Assembly: GCA_030696105.1 (NCBI GenBank) | Contig: JAUYNJ010000004.1 | Location: forward strand, 77,872 to 141,871 | Source: a bacterium | GTDB lineage: Bacteria > Patescibacteriota > Patescibacteriia > Patescibacteriales > UBA12465 | Length of the DNA stretch: 64,000 nucleotides | Direction of reading: 5' to 3' | Translations under genes and position numbers: made by a program | Shown: positions 40,944 to 51,900 of the stretch, piece after piece | How positions within the stretch are numbered: the stretch's first letter is position 1 | How the letters are laid out: every line of letters begins with the position of its first letter | The notes under the pieces: generated by a model | The model's input: the letters and a program-made list of their open reading frames with translations, nothing else | What the model was told of the DNA's origin: nothing | The model's database searches: none

Positions 40944-41318
40944 TTATAAGACTTCGGGAGCCAAAGAAGCGATCTTCACGAAACCGGCCTGGCGCACTTC
41001 TCTTGCCACCGGTCCGAAGATTCTCGTACCTTTCGGATCTTTTTTTTCTTTATCGACGAGGACGACGCAAGCATTGTCATCGAAGCGCACATAGGTGCCG
41101 TCAGCGCGACGAATCTCTTTGCTAGTGCGAACGATAACCGCCTTGATTACATCGCTCTTTTTCACAGCGGCATGAGGTGAGGCGCTTTTAACAGTGGCGA
41201 CGATGATATCGCCGACATGTCCATAGCGTTTGCGATATCCACCTAAAACGCGGATACACATCACTTCCTTGGCGCCGGAATTATCGGCTACTTTTAATCT
41301 TGTCTGTACTTGGATCAT
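40944..41318 (-). CDS. rplN: 50S ribosomal protein L14
   Basis: [14 protein letters not shown]; start corrected. Confidence 0.97.
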   Translation of the reverse strand: MIQVQTRLKVADNSGAKEVMCIRVLGGYRKRYGHVGDIIVATVKSASPHAAVKKSDVIKAVIVRTSKEIRRADGTYVRFDDNACVVLVDKEKKDPKGTRIFGPVAREVRQAGFVKIASLAPEVL

Positions 41319-41328
41319 ACAATAATGT

Positions 41329-41604
41329 TTAGTTCTCAATTAAACGCCAGCGCTTGTTCTTGCTGAGTGGGCGGCACTCGATGAAAGTGACTTTATCGCC
41401 TTCCTTACTGATATTCTTTTCATCGTGAACGTGATATTTCTGACTAACGGTATAGCGCTTTTTATATTTCTGATTGACTTTAGTGGAATCAATTCTAACC
41501 ACGGCGGTTTTGTCGCCTTTAGCACTAACAACGACTCCGTTGAAGCGCTTGATGGTTTTTGTTACCGCTGGTGTGGCGGCCGCTGTTGTTTTAGTTGCGG
41601 GCAT
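41329..41604 (-). CDS. rpsQ: 30S ribosomal protein S17
   Basis: ECRPLSK.KRW. Confidence 0.96.
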   Translation of the reverse strand: MPATKTTAAATPAVTKTIKRFNGVVVSAKGDKTAVVRIDSTKVNQKYKKRYTVSQKYHVHDEKNISKEGDKVTFIECRPLSKNKRWRLIEN

Positions 41605-41615
41605 AATAGTATAGA

Positions 41616-41801
41616 TTAAGCTTTCGCGTTAAGGACCGTCATGATCCGGGCGATGGTTTCTCTTGTCTCCCTAATCTCACGGATATTTTTCAACTGACGG
41701 TTGGAATCTTTGAAGCGCAATTCGCGCAACTTTTCCCGGTATTCTGCTAATAGCTTCTGGAGATCAGCCGGACTTTTAGTTGTAAGCTCTTTCATTTCCA
41801 T
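41616..41801 (-). CDS. rpmC: 50S ribosomal protein L29
   Basis: LRF...QL.N...IR..R..IARI.T. Confidence 0.94.
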   Translation of the reverse strand: MEMKELTTKSPADLQKLLAEYREKLRELRFKDSNRQLKNIREIRETRETIARIMTVLNAKA

Positions 41802-41835
41802 ATTGTTTTATAAAATATTTTTTGTGGTAACCGGC

Positions 41836-42240
41836 TTATTTACTGATAACTCTGCACTTTACCGGTAACTTGTGGCCGGCGAGTGTCATCGCTTGACGAG
41901 CAGTGGCCTCATCGACACCTTCCATTTCAAACATAACTGTTCCGGGTTTGACGATGGCGACGTAGTAGTCGACAGCACCTTTACCCTTACCCATGGGGAT
42001 TTCGCCACCATGAGCTGTAATAGGTTTGTCTGGGAAGATTCTAATCCAGAGCTTACCGGTCTTCTTGATATAACGAGTCATGACACGGCGGGCAGATTCA
42101 ATCTGACGTGAATTGACCCAGTGCTCTGTGGTCGCCTTCAAGCCATAGCTGCCGAAGCTGACCTCCACCATACGGGTGGCCACGCCACCGCGGCGGCGCT
42201 TATGGTCTTTCCGGTATTTTGTTTTCTTTGGCATTAACAT
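41836..42240 (-). CDS. rplP: 50S ribosomal protein L16
   Basis: MLMPKKTKYRK, MGKGKG. Confidence 0.97.
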   Translation of the reverse strand: MLMPKKTKYRKDHKRRRGGVATRMVEVSFGSYGLKATTEHWVNSRQIESARRVMTRYIKKTGKLWIRIFPDKPITAHGGEIPMGKGKGAVDYYVAIVKPGTVMFEMEGVDEATARQAMTLAGHKLPVKCRVISK

Positions 42241-42269
42241 ATCGGTATTGAAAATCGTTAAATATTATC

Positions 42270-42950
42270 TTAGGCAGCGATGAGTTCGCCTTTGCCATCC
42301 TTCTCTTTCTCGAAGACTTCACCTTTATAGATCCAGACCTTGATGCCGATGGCGCCATAAGCAGTGTTAGCAACACCACGAGCATAGTCGATATCAGCAC
42401 GGAGAGTCTGTAATGGCACTTTGCCCCAGACGAGTTTTTCGGTACGAGCGATCTCAGCTCCATTTAAACGACCAGCGATAACGACTTTGACGCCGAGGGC
42501 GCCACCACGTTCGACGCGGCCGAGAAGCTGCTTCATCACCTTACGGAAAGGCATGCGTTTCTCAATTTCTAAAATTGTAGTCTGAACAGCGATTTGGGCG
42601 CTGGTTTGAGGGCGAGCGACTTCCTTGATATTCAAAGTGATTTCACCCATGCGGAAATTGCGCAGGAATTGATCGTGGATTTTCTTTTTAAGATCTTCCA
42701 CGCCATTACCGCCGCGACCGATGAGAAGACCCGGCTTAGCTGTCCAAAGATCGATCATGATCTTATTCAAACTGCGGGTGATTTCCACCTTATCAACGCC
42801 AGCTTCACGCAAAGTTTTGATGAGGTGCTTTCTAATCGCAATATCCTGTTGAATATTTTTGATATAGGTTGCGCCACTCTCAAACCAGATGGAAGGCCAG
42901 GTCTTGGTGATGCCTAAACGCATCACTTTTGGATTTACTTTTTTGCCCAT
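42270..42950 (-). CDS. rpsC: 30S ribosomal protein S3
   Basis: GRLNGAEIAR, PLQTLRADIDY. Confidence 0.97.
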   Translation of the reverse strand: MGKKVNPKVMRLGITKTWPSIWFESGATYIKNIQQDIAIRKHLIKTLREAGVDKVEITRSLNKIMIDLWTAKPGLLIGRGGNGVEDLKKKIHDQFLRNFRMGEITLNIKEVARPQTSAQIAVQTTILEIEKRMPFRKVMKQLLGRVERGGALGVKVVIAGRLNGAEIARTEKLVWGKVPLQTLRADIDYARGVANTAYGAIGIKVWIYKGEVFEKEKDGKGELIAA

Positions 42951-42990
42951 ACTATTTATGTTGCGAATTAATTGCTAGAGAGAAATATTC

Positions 42991-43524
42991 TTAACTGCCA
43001 ACCTTACGATTGAAAACTTTACTTGTGAAGCCCTTGCCGGATTTAACATCGGCATTAACTTTGCCTCCGTCCTTTGATGTCTTATCATCCTTCTTTGCGC
43101 CCTTAGAGCGCTTCTCCGCTTCAGCGACAACGGTTTCGAGTTTGACTGGCGCTTCAACCTTATCTTTACGAGCTTCTTTTTTGCCGCCTTCAACGATTTC
43201 GGCCAGGGTAACGTGTACGTGTGAACCGCGTTTGCGGATAACAGTAGCGCGACCGTGAGCCTTAGGCATCCAGCGCTTTAAGGTAACGCCCCCATCAACT
43301 TTGATTTCTTTGATGAAGAGGTTATCCTTAGCCAAGCTGAAATTATGCTCGGCATTAGCAACAGCCGAAAGGATAAGTTTTTTAACGGGGTCAGATGCAA
43401 GTTTATTTAAAAACTGCAATTGATCTAATGCTTTATCGATGGTCATGCCACGTACAACATCAACAACCAAGCGCACCTTGCGTGGTCCCATTCTTAAATG
43501 ATTTAAACTAGCTTTAATTTCCAT
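42991..43524 (-). CDS. rplV: 50S ribosomal protein L22 with C-terminal extension
   Basis: PRKVRLV, SAVANA. Confidence 0.96.
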   Translation of the reverse strand: MEIKASLNHLRMGPRKVRLVVDVVRGMTIDKALDQLQFLNKLASDPVKKLILSAVANAEHNFSLAKDNLFIKEIKVDGGVTLKRWMPKAHGRATVIRKRGSHVHVTLAEIVEGGKKEARKDKVEAPVKLETVVAEAEKRSKGAKKDDKTSKDGGKVNADVKSGKGFTSKVFNRKVGS

Positions 43525-43541
43525 AGGATTCGCTGTTATTT

Positions 43542-43829
43542 TTATTTCTTGGCCGCACCCTGGGCTTTCGCCATCTTGCCACCATGGGCAACGAACTTGC
43601 GGGTTGGTGAAAATTCGCCTAAGCGATGACCGACCATGTTTTCAACCACATATACCGGAGTGTGAACTCTGCCGTTATGGACGCCAAAGGTATGGCCAAC
43701 CATTTCCGGAACGATCACGCAGGCACGATCCCACACCTTGAGGACAGTTTTGTCGCCAGGTTTAAGATCGAGCACCCTCTTTACGAGGCGCTGATTGATA
43801 TAGGGTCCTTTTTTCAAACTTCTTGACAT
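43542..43829 (-). CDS. rpsS: 30S ribosomal protein S19
   Basis: [19 protein letters not shown]. Confidence 0.97.
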   Translation of the reverse strand: MSRSLKKGPYINQRLVKRVLDLKPGDKTVLKVWDRACVIVPEMVGHTFGVHNGRVHTPVYVVENMVGHRLGEFSPTRKFVAHGGKMAKAQGAAKK

Positions 43830-43862
43830 ATGCTTTTTATGATTTGTGGATAAAGCTTAAGG

Positions 43863-44699
43863 TTATTTTCTCTTCGCGCGGCGCTTGATAATTAACTTAG
43901 AGGAAGAGCGCTTGCGGCGAGTTTTGACACCAAGAGCCGGTTTGCCCCAAGGAGTCTTCGGATGGCGGAGACCAATGGACTGGTTGCCTTCACCACCACC
44001 ATGGGGGTGATCAACCGGGTTCATTGCGCTACCACGGACGGTTGGACGGATGCCCAAGTGACGGCTGCGGCCAGCCTTGCCTAAGGTGATGTGACGTTTA
44101 TCAGCATTACTTGCCTGGCCAACGGTGCACATGCACTCTTTTTTTACTAAACGGATTTCTCCGCTCGGCATTTTGACCTGAGCATACTTCCCTTCAACAC
44201 CCATGACGAATACAGCGTTACCGGCTCCACGGGCGACCTTCGCACCACGGCCTGGTTCTAATTCGAGACTATTAATCGCAACACCGGCTGGAATGAATTG
44301 TACTTGCATGGCGTTACCGATTTTGATCTCAATCAGATTCTTTGAGCTCATGATTTTCTCACCGACTGGCAAGTTTGCAGGAGCAGTGATATATCTTTTT
44401 TCGCCATCAGCATAATTTAACAAAGCGATGCGAGTTCCGCGATTCGGATCATATTCGATAGCGGCAACTGTTGCTGGAATTTCAAACTTATCACGCTTGA
44501 AATCAACGATGCGGATAAATCTCTTTTCGCCGCCACCGCGATGACGCACAGTAATTTTACCCTGACTATTGCGTCCGCTGGTTTTTTTCTTAATGACAAT
44601 CAAGCTCTTTTCCGGAGTGTGCTTGGTGATATCAGCAAAATCATCAAAAGTTGCATGACGGCGACCGGGAGTATTTGCTTGTACTTTTTTGATACCCAT
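43863..44699 (-). CDS. rplB: 50S ribosomal protein L2
   Basis: RG.AMNPVDHPHGGGEG. Confidence 0.98.
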   Translation of the reverse strand: MGIKKVQANTPGRRHATFDDFADITKHTPEKSLIVIKKKTSGRNSQGKITVRHRGGGEKRFIRIVDFKRDKFEIPATVAAIEYDPNRGTRIALLNYADGEKRYITAPANLPVGEKIMSSKNLIEIKIGNAMQVQFIPAGVAINSLELEPGRGAKVARGAGNAVFVMGVEGKYAQVKMPSGEIRLVKKECMCTVGQASNADKRHITLGKAGRSRHLGIRPTVRGSAMNPVDHPHGGGEGNQSIGLRHPKTPWGKPALGVKTRRKRSSSKLIIKRRAKRK

Positions 44700-44726
44700 A
44701 TGTGTCTGTACTTGATTAGATAAAAA

Positions 44727-45206
44727 TTATACGCCTTCGTAAATCTTGATGGTCTCGCCCTTTTTCAAGGTGACGATAACCTTCTTCCAGTCTTTTCTCT
44801 GACCGCGGATACGGCCACGAGTAACGACTTTGCCCTTCATGGCGATAATGTTGACTCTCACCGGAGTAACACCGTAGATAGCTTGAACCGCTTTCGCGAC
44901 CTCAATCTTATTGGCATTAGGCGTAATGACAAAAGCATACTTATTTAACGCCCCGAGCTCAGTCGCTTTTTCAGTGATGAGTGGTTTTGCTAATACGCGA
45001 TATGCTCCTTCATAACGGGTTGTAGGTGCGGATTTCTTCTTGCTCGAAGTTTTCTTAACTGAGTCAGAAGCATACAATTCCTGCATGCTCTGTTCGCCCG
45101 CTACTTCCGGGGCCTTCTTCACTTCTTTGGTTTCCGCGACCTTACCCTCAGCCTTCTTGGCTGCTGGTTTTTTCGCGCTAGGTTGTTTTGCTCCAAATAA
45201 AGCCAT
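44727..45206 (-). CDS. rplW: 50S ribosomal protein L23 with N-terminal extension
   Basis: PLITEK, WKKVIVTL. Confidence 0.95.
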   Translation of the reverse strand: MALFGAKQPSAKKPAAKKAEGKVAETKEVKKAPEVAGEQSMQELYASDSVKKTSSKKKSAPTTRYEGAYRVLAKPLITEKATELGALNKYAFVITPNANKIEVAKAVQAIYGVTPVRVNIIAMKGKVVTRGRIRGQRKDWKKVIVTLKKGETIKIYEGV

Positions 45207-45248
45207 ATATTTATTTCAAGATTCAAGATTCAAAATTTAGATGATTGA

Positions 45249-45902
45249 TTATTTCTTACTGTATTGCTTTTCGAGTGAAGTGATTCCCTCTTCAGTCATC
45301 AGAACTTGGCGGGAGGTAATTAAGTCAACGATGTTGATATTTTCAGGGTTAATGATTGTAACACCCTTCAAGTTACGACCGGAATATCTTGCCTTCTCAT
45401 CTTTTTCGCCATTGATGACGAGCAGTGAGCGACGATCGGCTGGTAACACATCTTTTTCAAAGGCTGCTAACATCGCATTAAACTGTTTTGTTTTAAATTC
45501 TTCCATCTTCAGAGTATCGATGATGACGAGGCTTGACTGTGCGATCTTATCAGATAAACACATCATAATTGCCTTCTGGCGCATCTTCTTATTCATCTTC
45601 ATGCTGAAGTTGCGATCCTTTGTAGGACCGAAGGTGACACCACCGCCAACCCATAAAGGTGAACGGCTTGAGCCCACACGAGCACGACCAGTTCCCTTTT
45701 GTTTCCAAGGCTTCTTGCCGCCGCCACGAACTTCGCTACGATCCTTAGTGTGAGCTAAGACCTGGCGTTCATTGGCCTGCTGAGTGATAACTGCCTGATG
45801 CAAAAGATCAGCATTAGCTTTCATGCCAAAAATTTTAGCGGATAGCTCAAGATCCTTGATAGGAGCAGCGCTCTGATTATAAACTTTTACTTTGATAGAC
45901 AT
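45249..45902 (-). CDS. rplD: 50S ribosomal protein L4
   Basis: RGGGKKPWKQKGTGRAR. Confidence 0.97.
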   Translation of the reverse strand: MSIKVKVYNQSAAPIKDLELSAKIFGMKANADLLHQAVITQQANERQVLAHTKDRSEVRGGGKKPWKQKGTGRARVGSSRSPLWVGGGVTFGPTKDRNFSMKMNKKMRQKAIMMCLSDKIAQSSLVIIDTLKMEEFKTKQFNAMLAAFEKDVLPADRRSLLVINGEKDEKARYSGRNLKGVTIINPENINIVDLITSRQVLMTEEGITSLEKQYSKK

Positions 45903-45930
45903 ATGATTAAACCGGACTTATCTTAATTGA

Positions 45931-46734
45931 TTAAGCGGCCTGAGCCTCTTCTTTTTTTTCTTCAACAACAACTTCTTCTTTAACCTCAACAACTTCTTCT
46001 TTAACTTCAGGGGTTTCTTCCTTAACTTCTTCCGTGGCAACAGCATCTTCCTTAACTTCTTCTACTACAACTTCTTCGGCTACAACTTCCTCTACTACTG
46101 GAGCGACGTTAAACGCTAATTCGCCCTGTCCTTTGATAAGAAGTAGACCTTCAGCAGCTCCCGGAAGAGCGCCCTTAATATATATAATGTTCTTTTCTAA
46201 ATCGACAGAAGCAATTTCGAGATTAGTAACGGTCACGCGTTCATTACCCATGCGTCCACCCATGCGCATACCCTTGAAGATATGAGCTGGACCTTTAGCA
46301 CCAACGGAACCAGGCATACGAAGCTGATCCTTATTACCGTGACTCTTACGTCCACCGGCGAAGTGATAGCGCTTAACGACACCCTGGAAACCGCGACCCT
46401 TGGAAGTGCCAGTCACAGCGACAATGTCGCCAGCGGCAAAAGTACCAGCAGTGATTTTGTCACCAACCTTGGCAGCAACATCACCTTCAGTGCGGAACTC
46501 ACGAACGTGCATCGGAGCAACACCAGCCTTTTTAAAGTGGCCGAGTTGTGGTTTTTTGATATTTTTTTCTTTGCGGATACCGTATGCAAGCTGCAGAGCG
46601 GAATATTTATCAGTAGCAGCCGTCTTAACCTGAGTAACAACACAAGGACCAGCCGCCACCGGAGTAACAGCCCAAACCTTGTCATTTGCCCAAACCTGGG
46701 TCATCGGCATTTTTTTTCCTAAAATGAATTTCAT
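45931..46734 (-). CDS. rplC: 50S ribosomal protein L3 with acidic C-terminal tail
   Basis: SKGRGFQGVVKR. Confidence 0.97.
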   Translation of the reverse strand: MKFILGKKMPMTQVWANDKVWAVTPVAAGPCVVTQVKTAATDKYSALQLAYGIRKEKNIKKPQLGHFKKAGVAPMHVREFRTEGDVAAKVGDKITAGTFAAGDIVAVTGTSKGRGFQGVVKRYHFAGGRKSHGNKDQLRMPGSVGAKGPAHIFKGMRMGGRMGNERVTVTNLEIASVDLEKNIIYIKGALPGAAEGLLLIKGQGELAFNVAPVVEEVVAEEVVVEEVKEDAVATEEVKEETPEVKEEVVEVKEEVVVEEKKEEAQAA

Positions 46735-46945
46735 ATGTGTTTAAAACAAAAAACTGGTAAATATACCAGCTTAAAAACAAAATCTAAAAATTGCGCAATC
46801 CTCCTGCCTTCAATTTTTTTGCTTGTTTTCTTGCTGTATTTCTCCTTGTAGCTACTTATTCATCGTCTAGCACTTTCTACGGTAACATTACCGCAGAGTT
46901 ACTAGCCAACTCTTAAGTCGCCCTTAATCAATATTTGATTGTATC

Positions 46946-47284
46946 TTACTGCATTTTAATCTCTACGTCAACCCCTGCTGGAAGATTCAAATTTGTTAAA
47001 TCTTCAATGGTTTTGCCGCTTGGATCAATGATGTCAATAATACGCTTATGTATGCGCATTTCGTACTGGTCACGAGCATCTTTGTGGACGAAAGTCGACC
47101 GGTTAACGGTATACTTGCGCTTCTCAGTCGGTAATGGAATCGGACCGAAAAAACTAGCATCACTGCGCTCAATCGTATCAACGATAGTCTTAGTGGACTG
47201 ATCAATAATCTTGTGATCAAAAGCTTTGATCTTAATACGGATTCTCTGCTTGTAATCCTTTTCCTCTTTCTTGGGTTCTGACAT
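46946..47284 (-). CDS. rpsJ: 30S ribosomal protein S10
   Basis: [13 protein letters not shown]. Confidence 0.97.
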   Translation of the reverse strand: MSEPKKEEKDYKQRIRIKIKAFDHKIIDQSTKTIVDTIERSDASFFGPIPLPTEKRKYTVNRSTFVHKDARDQYEMRIHKRIIDIIDPSGKTIEDLTNLNLPAGVDVEIKMQ

Positions 47285-47374
47285 AGAAGAATGTACGTTT
47301 ATTTTCTTAAATAAATTGATAAATTAACACTATCAGTCTACCCTGAAAACAGAGCAGACCTAAGTATCGACTTA

Positions 47375-48562
47375 TTATTTCGTAATCTTAACAACTGCAC
47401 CAGCACCAACGGTGCGGCCACCTTCGCGGATAGCGAAGCGTTGTTTTTCTTCCAAAGCAACTGGAGCGATTAACTTAACAGTGATAGTAACGGTATCACC
47501 AGGCATAACCATTTCGGTGCCTGCTGGTAATTCGACTTCACCGGTAACGTCAGTAGTTCTGATATAGAACTGAGGCTTGTAACCCTTGAAGAAAGGTTTG
47601 TGGCGTCCGCCTTCTTCCTTCGATAAGACGTAAATCTGTGCTTCGAATTCAGTGTGAGGAGTAACGCTGCCTGGCTTACATAAAACCTGTCCGCGTTCTA
47701 ACTCATTCTTCTTTGTACCGCGGAGTAATAAACCGGCATTGTCACCAGCTTCACCACGATCTAAAGACTTGTTAAACATTTCGACGCCAGTGATGGTAGT
47801 CTTCTTAGTGTCCATTAAACCAACGATTTCAACTTCTTCACCAACCTTGATGACACCGCGATCGATGCGGCCAGTGGCCACAGTACCGCGACCTTCGATG
47901 GAGAAAATATCTTCAATCGGCATCAAGAAAGGTAAATCGATGTTGCGTTCTGGCTGCGGGATGTATTCATCGAGCTGTTTCATGAGTTCCATGATTGGCT
48001 CAGCATCAGGTCCACTTGGATTTTCCAAAGCCTTCAGAGCGCTACCGCGAATAATTGGAGTTGTGTCACCCGGGAATTCATACTTCTTGAGTAAGTCGCG
48101 GATTTCCTCTTCAACGAGGTCGATTAACTCCTTATCCTCAACCATATCGCACTTGTTTAAGAAAACAACGATATAAGGCACACCCACCTGTCTTGCTAAC
48201 ACGATGTGTTCGCGAGTCTGGGGCATAGGGCCGTCAGTTGCGGAAACTACTAACACTGCACCGTCCATTTGAGCGGCACCGGTGATCATGTTCTTCACAT
48301 AATCAGCGTGGCCAGGACAATCGACGTGAGCGTAGTGACGTTTATCAGATTCATACTCAACGTGAGCAGTAGCGATAGTAATACCGCGTTCGCGTTCCTC
48401 AGGAGCAGCGTCAATTTCATTAACACCCTTCTTAGAAGCGCTCATACCGCGCGCGCCAAACACAGCCAACATCGCAGCTGTTAAAGTGGTCTTCCCGTGA
48501 TCAACGTGTCCGATGGTACCAACGTTGACATGGGGCTTTGTTCTTTCAAATTTTTCAGCCAT
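47375..48562 (-). CDS. tuf: Elongation factor Tu
   Basis: [18 protein letters not shown]. Confidence 0.99.
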   Translation of the reverse strand: MAEKFERTKPHVNVGTIGHVDHGKTTLTAAMLAVFGARGMSASKKGVNEIDAAPEERERGITIATAHVEYESDKRHYAHVDCPGHADYVKNMITGAAQMDGAVLVVSATDGPMPQTREHIVLARQVGVPYIVVFLNKCDMVEDKELIDLVEEEIRDLLKKYEFPGDTTPIIRGSALKALENPSGPDAEPIMELMKQLDEYIPQPERNIDLPFLMPIEDIFSIEGRGTVATGRIDRGVIKVGEEVEIVGLMDTKKTTITGVEMFNKSLDRGEAGDNAGLLLRGTKKNELERGQVLCKPGSVTPHTEFEAQIYVLSKEEGGRHKPFFKGYKPQFYIRTTDVTGEVELPAGTEMVMPGDTVTITVKLIAPVALEEKQRFAIREGGRTVGAGAVVKITK

Positions 48563-48640
48563 GGTTTTATACTTACGGCCCCCAAAGGGGTTTCTTTCCT
48601 ATAGAGGAAACCAGCCGTGAAAATTAGTTAATATTTTAAA

Positions 48641-48970
48641 TTAGTTACTGATATTTTGCGCCTTGCCCTTTACTTGCGGCGGGATGTTCCAATTCTTGCG
48701 AGAGGTGCTTTCTTCCGCTAAGAACTGAGAATTTTCATCGTTTTTCCAGTCTGAGATTTCGCGATTAATTTTATCACCTAAATCTCCATCTGTCAAACCG
48801 GGCTTATACACTGCCTCTTTTTTATCCAGCATTTCGGGAGAAATCATTTCTTCGTAGCGGTCCAGGTCAACGATGGCGAAGGAGTCCTCAGGTGTCTCGG
48901 CATCGAAAAAGATGATAGGATTCTTAGATTTTCTTGCTAATTTTAAAGCCTTTTTTAGTTGATCACGCAT
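48641..48970 (-). CDS. Hypothetical protein with Phd/YefM-like N-terminus
   Basis: L..AL.LA.....PII......FAIVDLDRYEEM pattern. Confidence 0.65.
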   Translation of the reverse strand: MRDQLKKALKLARKSKNPIIFFDAETPEDSFAIVDLDRYEEMISPEMLDKKEAVYKPGLTDGDLGDKINREISDWKNDENSQFLAEESTSRKNWNIPPQVKGKAQNISN

Positions 48971-48997
48971 AGGATTAAGTGATAAACCTCCTTATTT

Positions 48998-49627
48998 CTA
49001 GTTTTTTGATTCAGTCGCAAGAATAGATAGTAAATCTCTATTAATCTCCTCTATTCCTGGTATCAACTTTTGTTTTTCTTTGTCACTCAAATTTGCATAT
49101 GACTGCAAATTATCAGGGATAACTTGATGTACTTTCTCACTTAGCGCACTTAACTTATCTAATGTTTCAGGAGTAAAATTGTGACTGTAATCAGGATCGT
49201 TTAAGATGTAGACAATATTAGAGGCTTGACTAAGGACATTTAATCCCAAGCGGTTACTCTCATAATACGCGGCCACATCCTCTTCCATTTCATACTTATT
49301 TGTTCTTTCCCACTCGCGTCTTAAGCCGTGGTTCTCATGGAATGTATCAGTGAAGGTCGGACTGCTCAAAAATTGATTGACCGCGACTAATGCATTTTGG
49401 ATTACTCCTTTAATTGCAAGGTCCGGCACGTCTTCAAATTCTGGTTTCAAACTCGTCACGACCATTTCTTTCCCTGACTCAACAATACTAATCGGATTGC
49501 CTCGCTCCGCACAAAAGGCTGTCATGACACTTTCCTTTTCTGCAATACTGCGCTCCTTCTGCTCAGCCTCCAGACTTTCTTCACTTGGTCGCACTCGATT
49601 AGCGAGAACGCTTGATTCACTTCTCAT
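48998..49627 (-). CDS. Orphan hypothetical protein inserted after fusA
   Basis: 209-aa acidic ORF. Confidence 0.7.
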   Translation of the reverse strand: MRSESSVLANRVRPSEESLEAEQKERSIAEKESVMTAFCAERGNPISIVESGKEMVVTSLKPEFEDVPDLAIKGVIQNALVAVNQFLSSPTFTDTFHENHGLRREWERTNKYEMEEDVAAYYESNRLGLNVLSQASNIVYILNDPDYSHNFTPETLDKLSALSEKVHQVIPDNLQSYANLSDKEKQKLIPGIEEINRDLLSILATESKN

Positions 49628-49633
49628 ATATTT

Positions 49634-51715
49634 TTACTTAGCAGTTTTTTCCTTGATGGTTTCTAACACATTTCTCGGCACTTCACTGTAATGTGAGAAT
49701 TCCATTGTGTAGTTTGCTCTACCCTGTGACATGGAGCGTAAAGAAGTCGCATAGCCAAACATTTCTGCTAACGGCACTTTCGCCTTAATCGCCTTAATCT
49801 TTAATGGGCGATCAATCATCTCTTCAATTTGTCCTCTCTTTGAGTTCAAATCACCGATGATGTTACCCATATAATCTTCAGGAGTAGTTACTTCAACTTT
49901 CATTATCGGCTCGAGTAGTATCGGCTTTGCTTTCTGACAGGCATCTTTGAAGGCGAAGATAGCAGCCATTTTAAAGGCGATTTCGGAAGAGTCGACTTCA
50001 TGATAACTACCGTAGTAAACGGCGACTTTGACATCAACCATTGGGAAGCCCGCAACAACACCAGAGAGTAAACCTTCTTTAACACCTTTTTCAATCGCCG
50101 GAATATATTCTTTCGGAATGACGCCACCTTTAACTTCATCGAGGAACTGATAACCCTGACCTTCACCGGCTGGTTCAACACGGAGCATACAATGTCCATA
50201 TTGTCCGCGTCCACCGGACTGCTTTGCATATTTATGTTCAGCTTCAGCGGTCTGAGTAATTGTTTCGCGATAAGAAACCTGAGGCTTACCAACGTTCGCT
50301 TCGACACCGAATTCACGGCGCATACGATCAACGATGATATCAAGGTGAAGTTCGCCCATACCGGAGATGAGAACTTGATTTGTTTCCTCATCAGTCTCAA
50401 CACGGAAGGTTGGATCTTCTTCGGCTAAGCGCGCTAAAGCGACGCCCATCTTTTCTTGATCAACCTTAGTCTTAGGTTCAACGGCAATTTTGATAACTGG
50501 CTCTGGGAAGATGATAGATTCGAGTAGCAGTGGGGAGTCTTCATCGCTGAGGGTATTTCCAGTTGTCGTATTCTTTAAACCAATAACAGCCGCAATATCA
50601 CCAGCGTAAATTTCTTTAATTTCTTCACGGTGATTCGCGTGCATACGCACAAGGCGTCCAACACGCTCCTTATTACCAGTAGAAGCATTAATAATGTATG
50701 AACCCGACTTCAACACACCCTGATAGACACGGACGAAGCAGAGCTTACCAACAAAGGGGTCGGTTGCAATTTTAAAGGCGAGCCCGACGAAAGGTGAATC
50801 ATCGTTAGCTCTAATCGGAGTCTTTTTTTCGGGGTCAGAGACATCAGTCGCATCAACCTGAGCGACGTCAAGTGGCGATGGTAAAAATTCATTAACGTAA
50901 TCGAGGGCAAACTGAACACCAATGTTTTGCAAAGCAGTACCGCATAAAACCGGATAAATCGCGTTTTCAATCACGCCCTTGCGAATCGCTTTCTTAAGTT
51001 CTTCAACGCTAATCTCTTCGCCACCGAGATATTTTTCCATTGTCGTTTCATCACACTCAACTGCTTTTTCAACTAACTCCGCACGGAATTTTTCAACCTT
51101 TTCAACCATGTCCTCTGGCATTGGTACTTCCGTAATGTTTTCACCAAAATTACCAACGAAGGTATAGGCCTTACGATCAAGTAAATCAATAACGCCAGTC
51201 AAATAATCTTCAGCGCCAATAGGCAATTGAATGGCGGTGGCCTTAGGATTTAAACGAGTTTGAATTGAATTAAGACTCATGTAGAAGTCAGCGCCCATCT
51301 TGTCCATCTTATTAACGAAACAAAGGCGAGGAACTTGATACTTGTCAGCCTGACGCCAAACGGTTTCAGATTGTGGCTCTACACCCGCCTGTCCATCAAA
51401 TACTGCGATAGCGCCATCTAATACGCGTAGTGAGCGTTCAACTTCAACCGTGAAGTCAACGTGTCCAGGAGTATCAATGACGTTAATTTTATTTCCCTTC
51501 CAGAAACAAGTGGTGGCGGCGGATGTAATCGTGATACCACGTTCTTTTTCCTGTTCCATCCAATCCATTTCGGCGGCACCTTCGTGCACTTCACCAATTT
51601 TGTGCTTCTTACCTGTATAAAACAAAACTCTTTCTGTAAAAGTAGTCTTGCCAGCATCAATGTGAGCCATGATGCCGATGTTTCTGATTTTATCAAGAGA
51701 ATAATCTCGGGGCAT
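49634..51715 (-). CDS. fusA: Elongation factor G
   Basis: [19 protein letters not shown]. Confidence 0.99.
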   Translation of the reverse strand: MPRDYSLDKIRNIGIMAHIDAGKTTFTERVLFYTGKKHKIGEVHEGAAEMDWMEQEKERGITITSAATTCFWKGNKINVIDTPGHVDFTVEVERSLRVLDGAIAVFDGQAGVEPQSETVWRQADKYQVPRLCFVNKMDKMGADFYMSLNSIQTRLNPKATAIQLPIGAEDYLTGVIDLLDRKAYTFVGNFGENITEVPMPEDMVEKVEKFRAELVEKAVECDETTMEKYLGGEEISVEELKKAIRKGVIENAIYPVLCGTALQNIGVQFALDYVNEFLPSPLDVAQVDATDVSDPEKKTPIRANDDSPFVGLAFKIATDPFVGKLCFVRVYQGVLKSGSYIINASTGNKERVGRLVRMHANHREEIKEIYAGDIAAVIGLKNTTTGNTLSDEDSPLLLESIIFPEPVIKIAVEPKTKVDQEKMGVALARLAEEDPTFRVETDEETNQVLISGMGELHLDIIVDRMRREFGVEANVGKPQVSYRETITQTAEAEHKYAKQSGGRGQYGHCMLRVEPAGEGQGYQFLDEVKGGVIPKEYIPAIEKGVKEGLLSGVVAGFPMVDVKVAVYYGSYHEVDSSEIAFKMAAIFAFKDACQKAKPILLEPIMKVEVTTPEDYMGNIIGDLNSKRGQIEEMIDRPLKIKAIKAKVPLAEMFGYATSLRSMSQGRANYTMEFSHYSEVPRNVLETIKEKTAK

Positions 51716-51778
51716 AAGTATTTGTTACTTTATTTGTGAAATATAAAAAATGTGATAAATGAGTCGAGCCTGCGTCCC

Positions 51779-51899
51779 AAAACTTGTGGTTTTGAGTGAA
51801 GACCGAGGAAGCAAGGCGAGACTAGCGAGCCGTATTGAACATACGGTGAGTGCAGTCGAGCCGCAGCTGACGAAGGTATTTGCCAAAACCGGAAGTTTT
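51779..51899. mobile_element. Palindromic MITE-like repeat (RPE-like)
   Basis: Terminal IRs AAAACTTGTGGTTTTG / CAAAACCGGAAGTTTT; core GAGCCGTATTGAACATACGGTGAG. Confidence 0.6.
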
Positions 51900-51900
51900 C

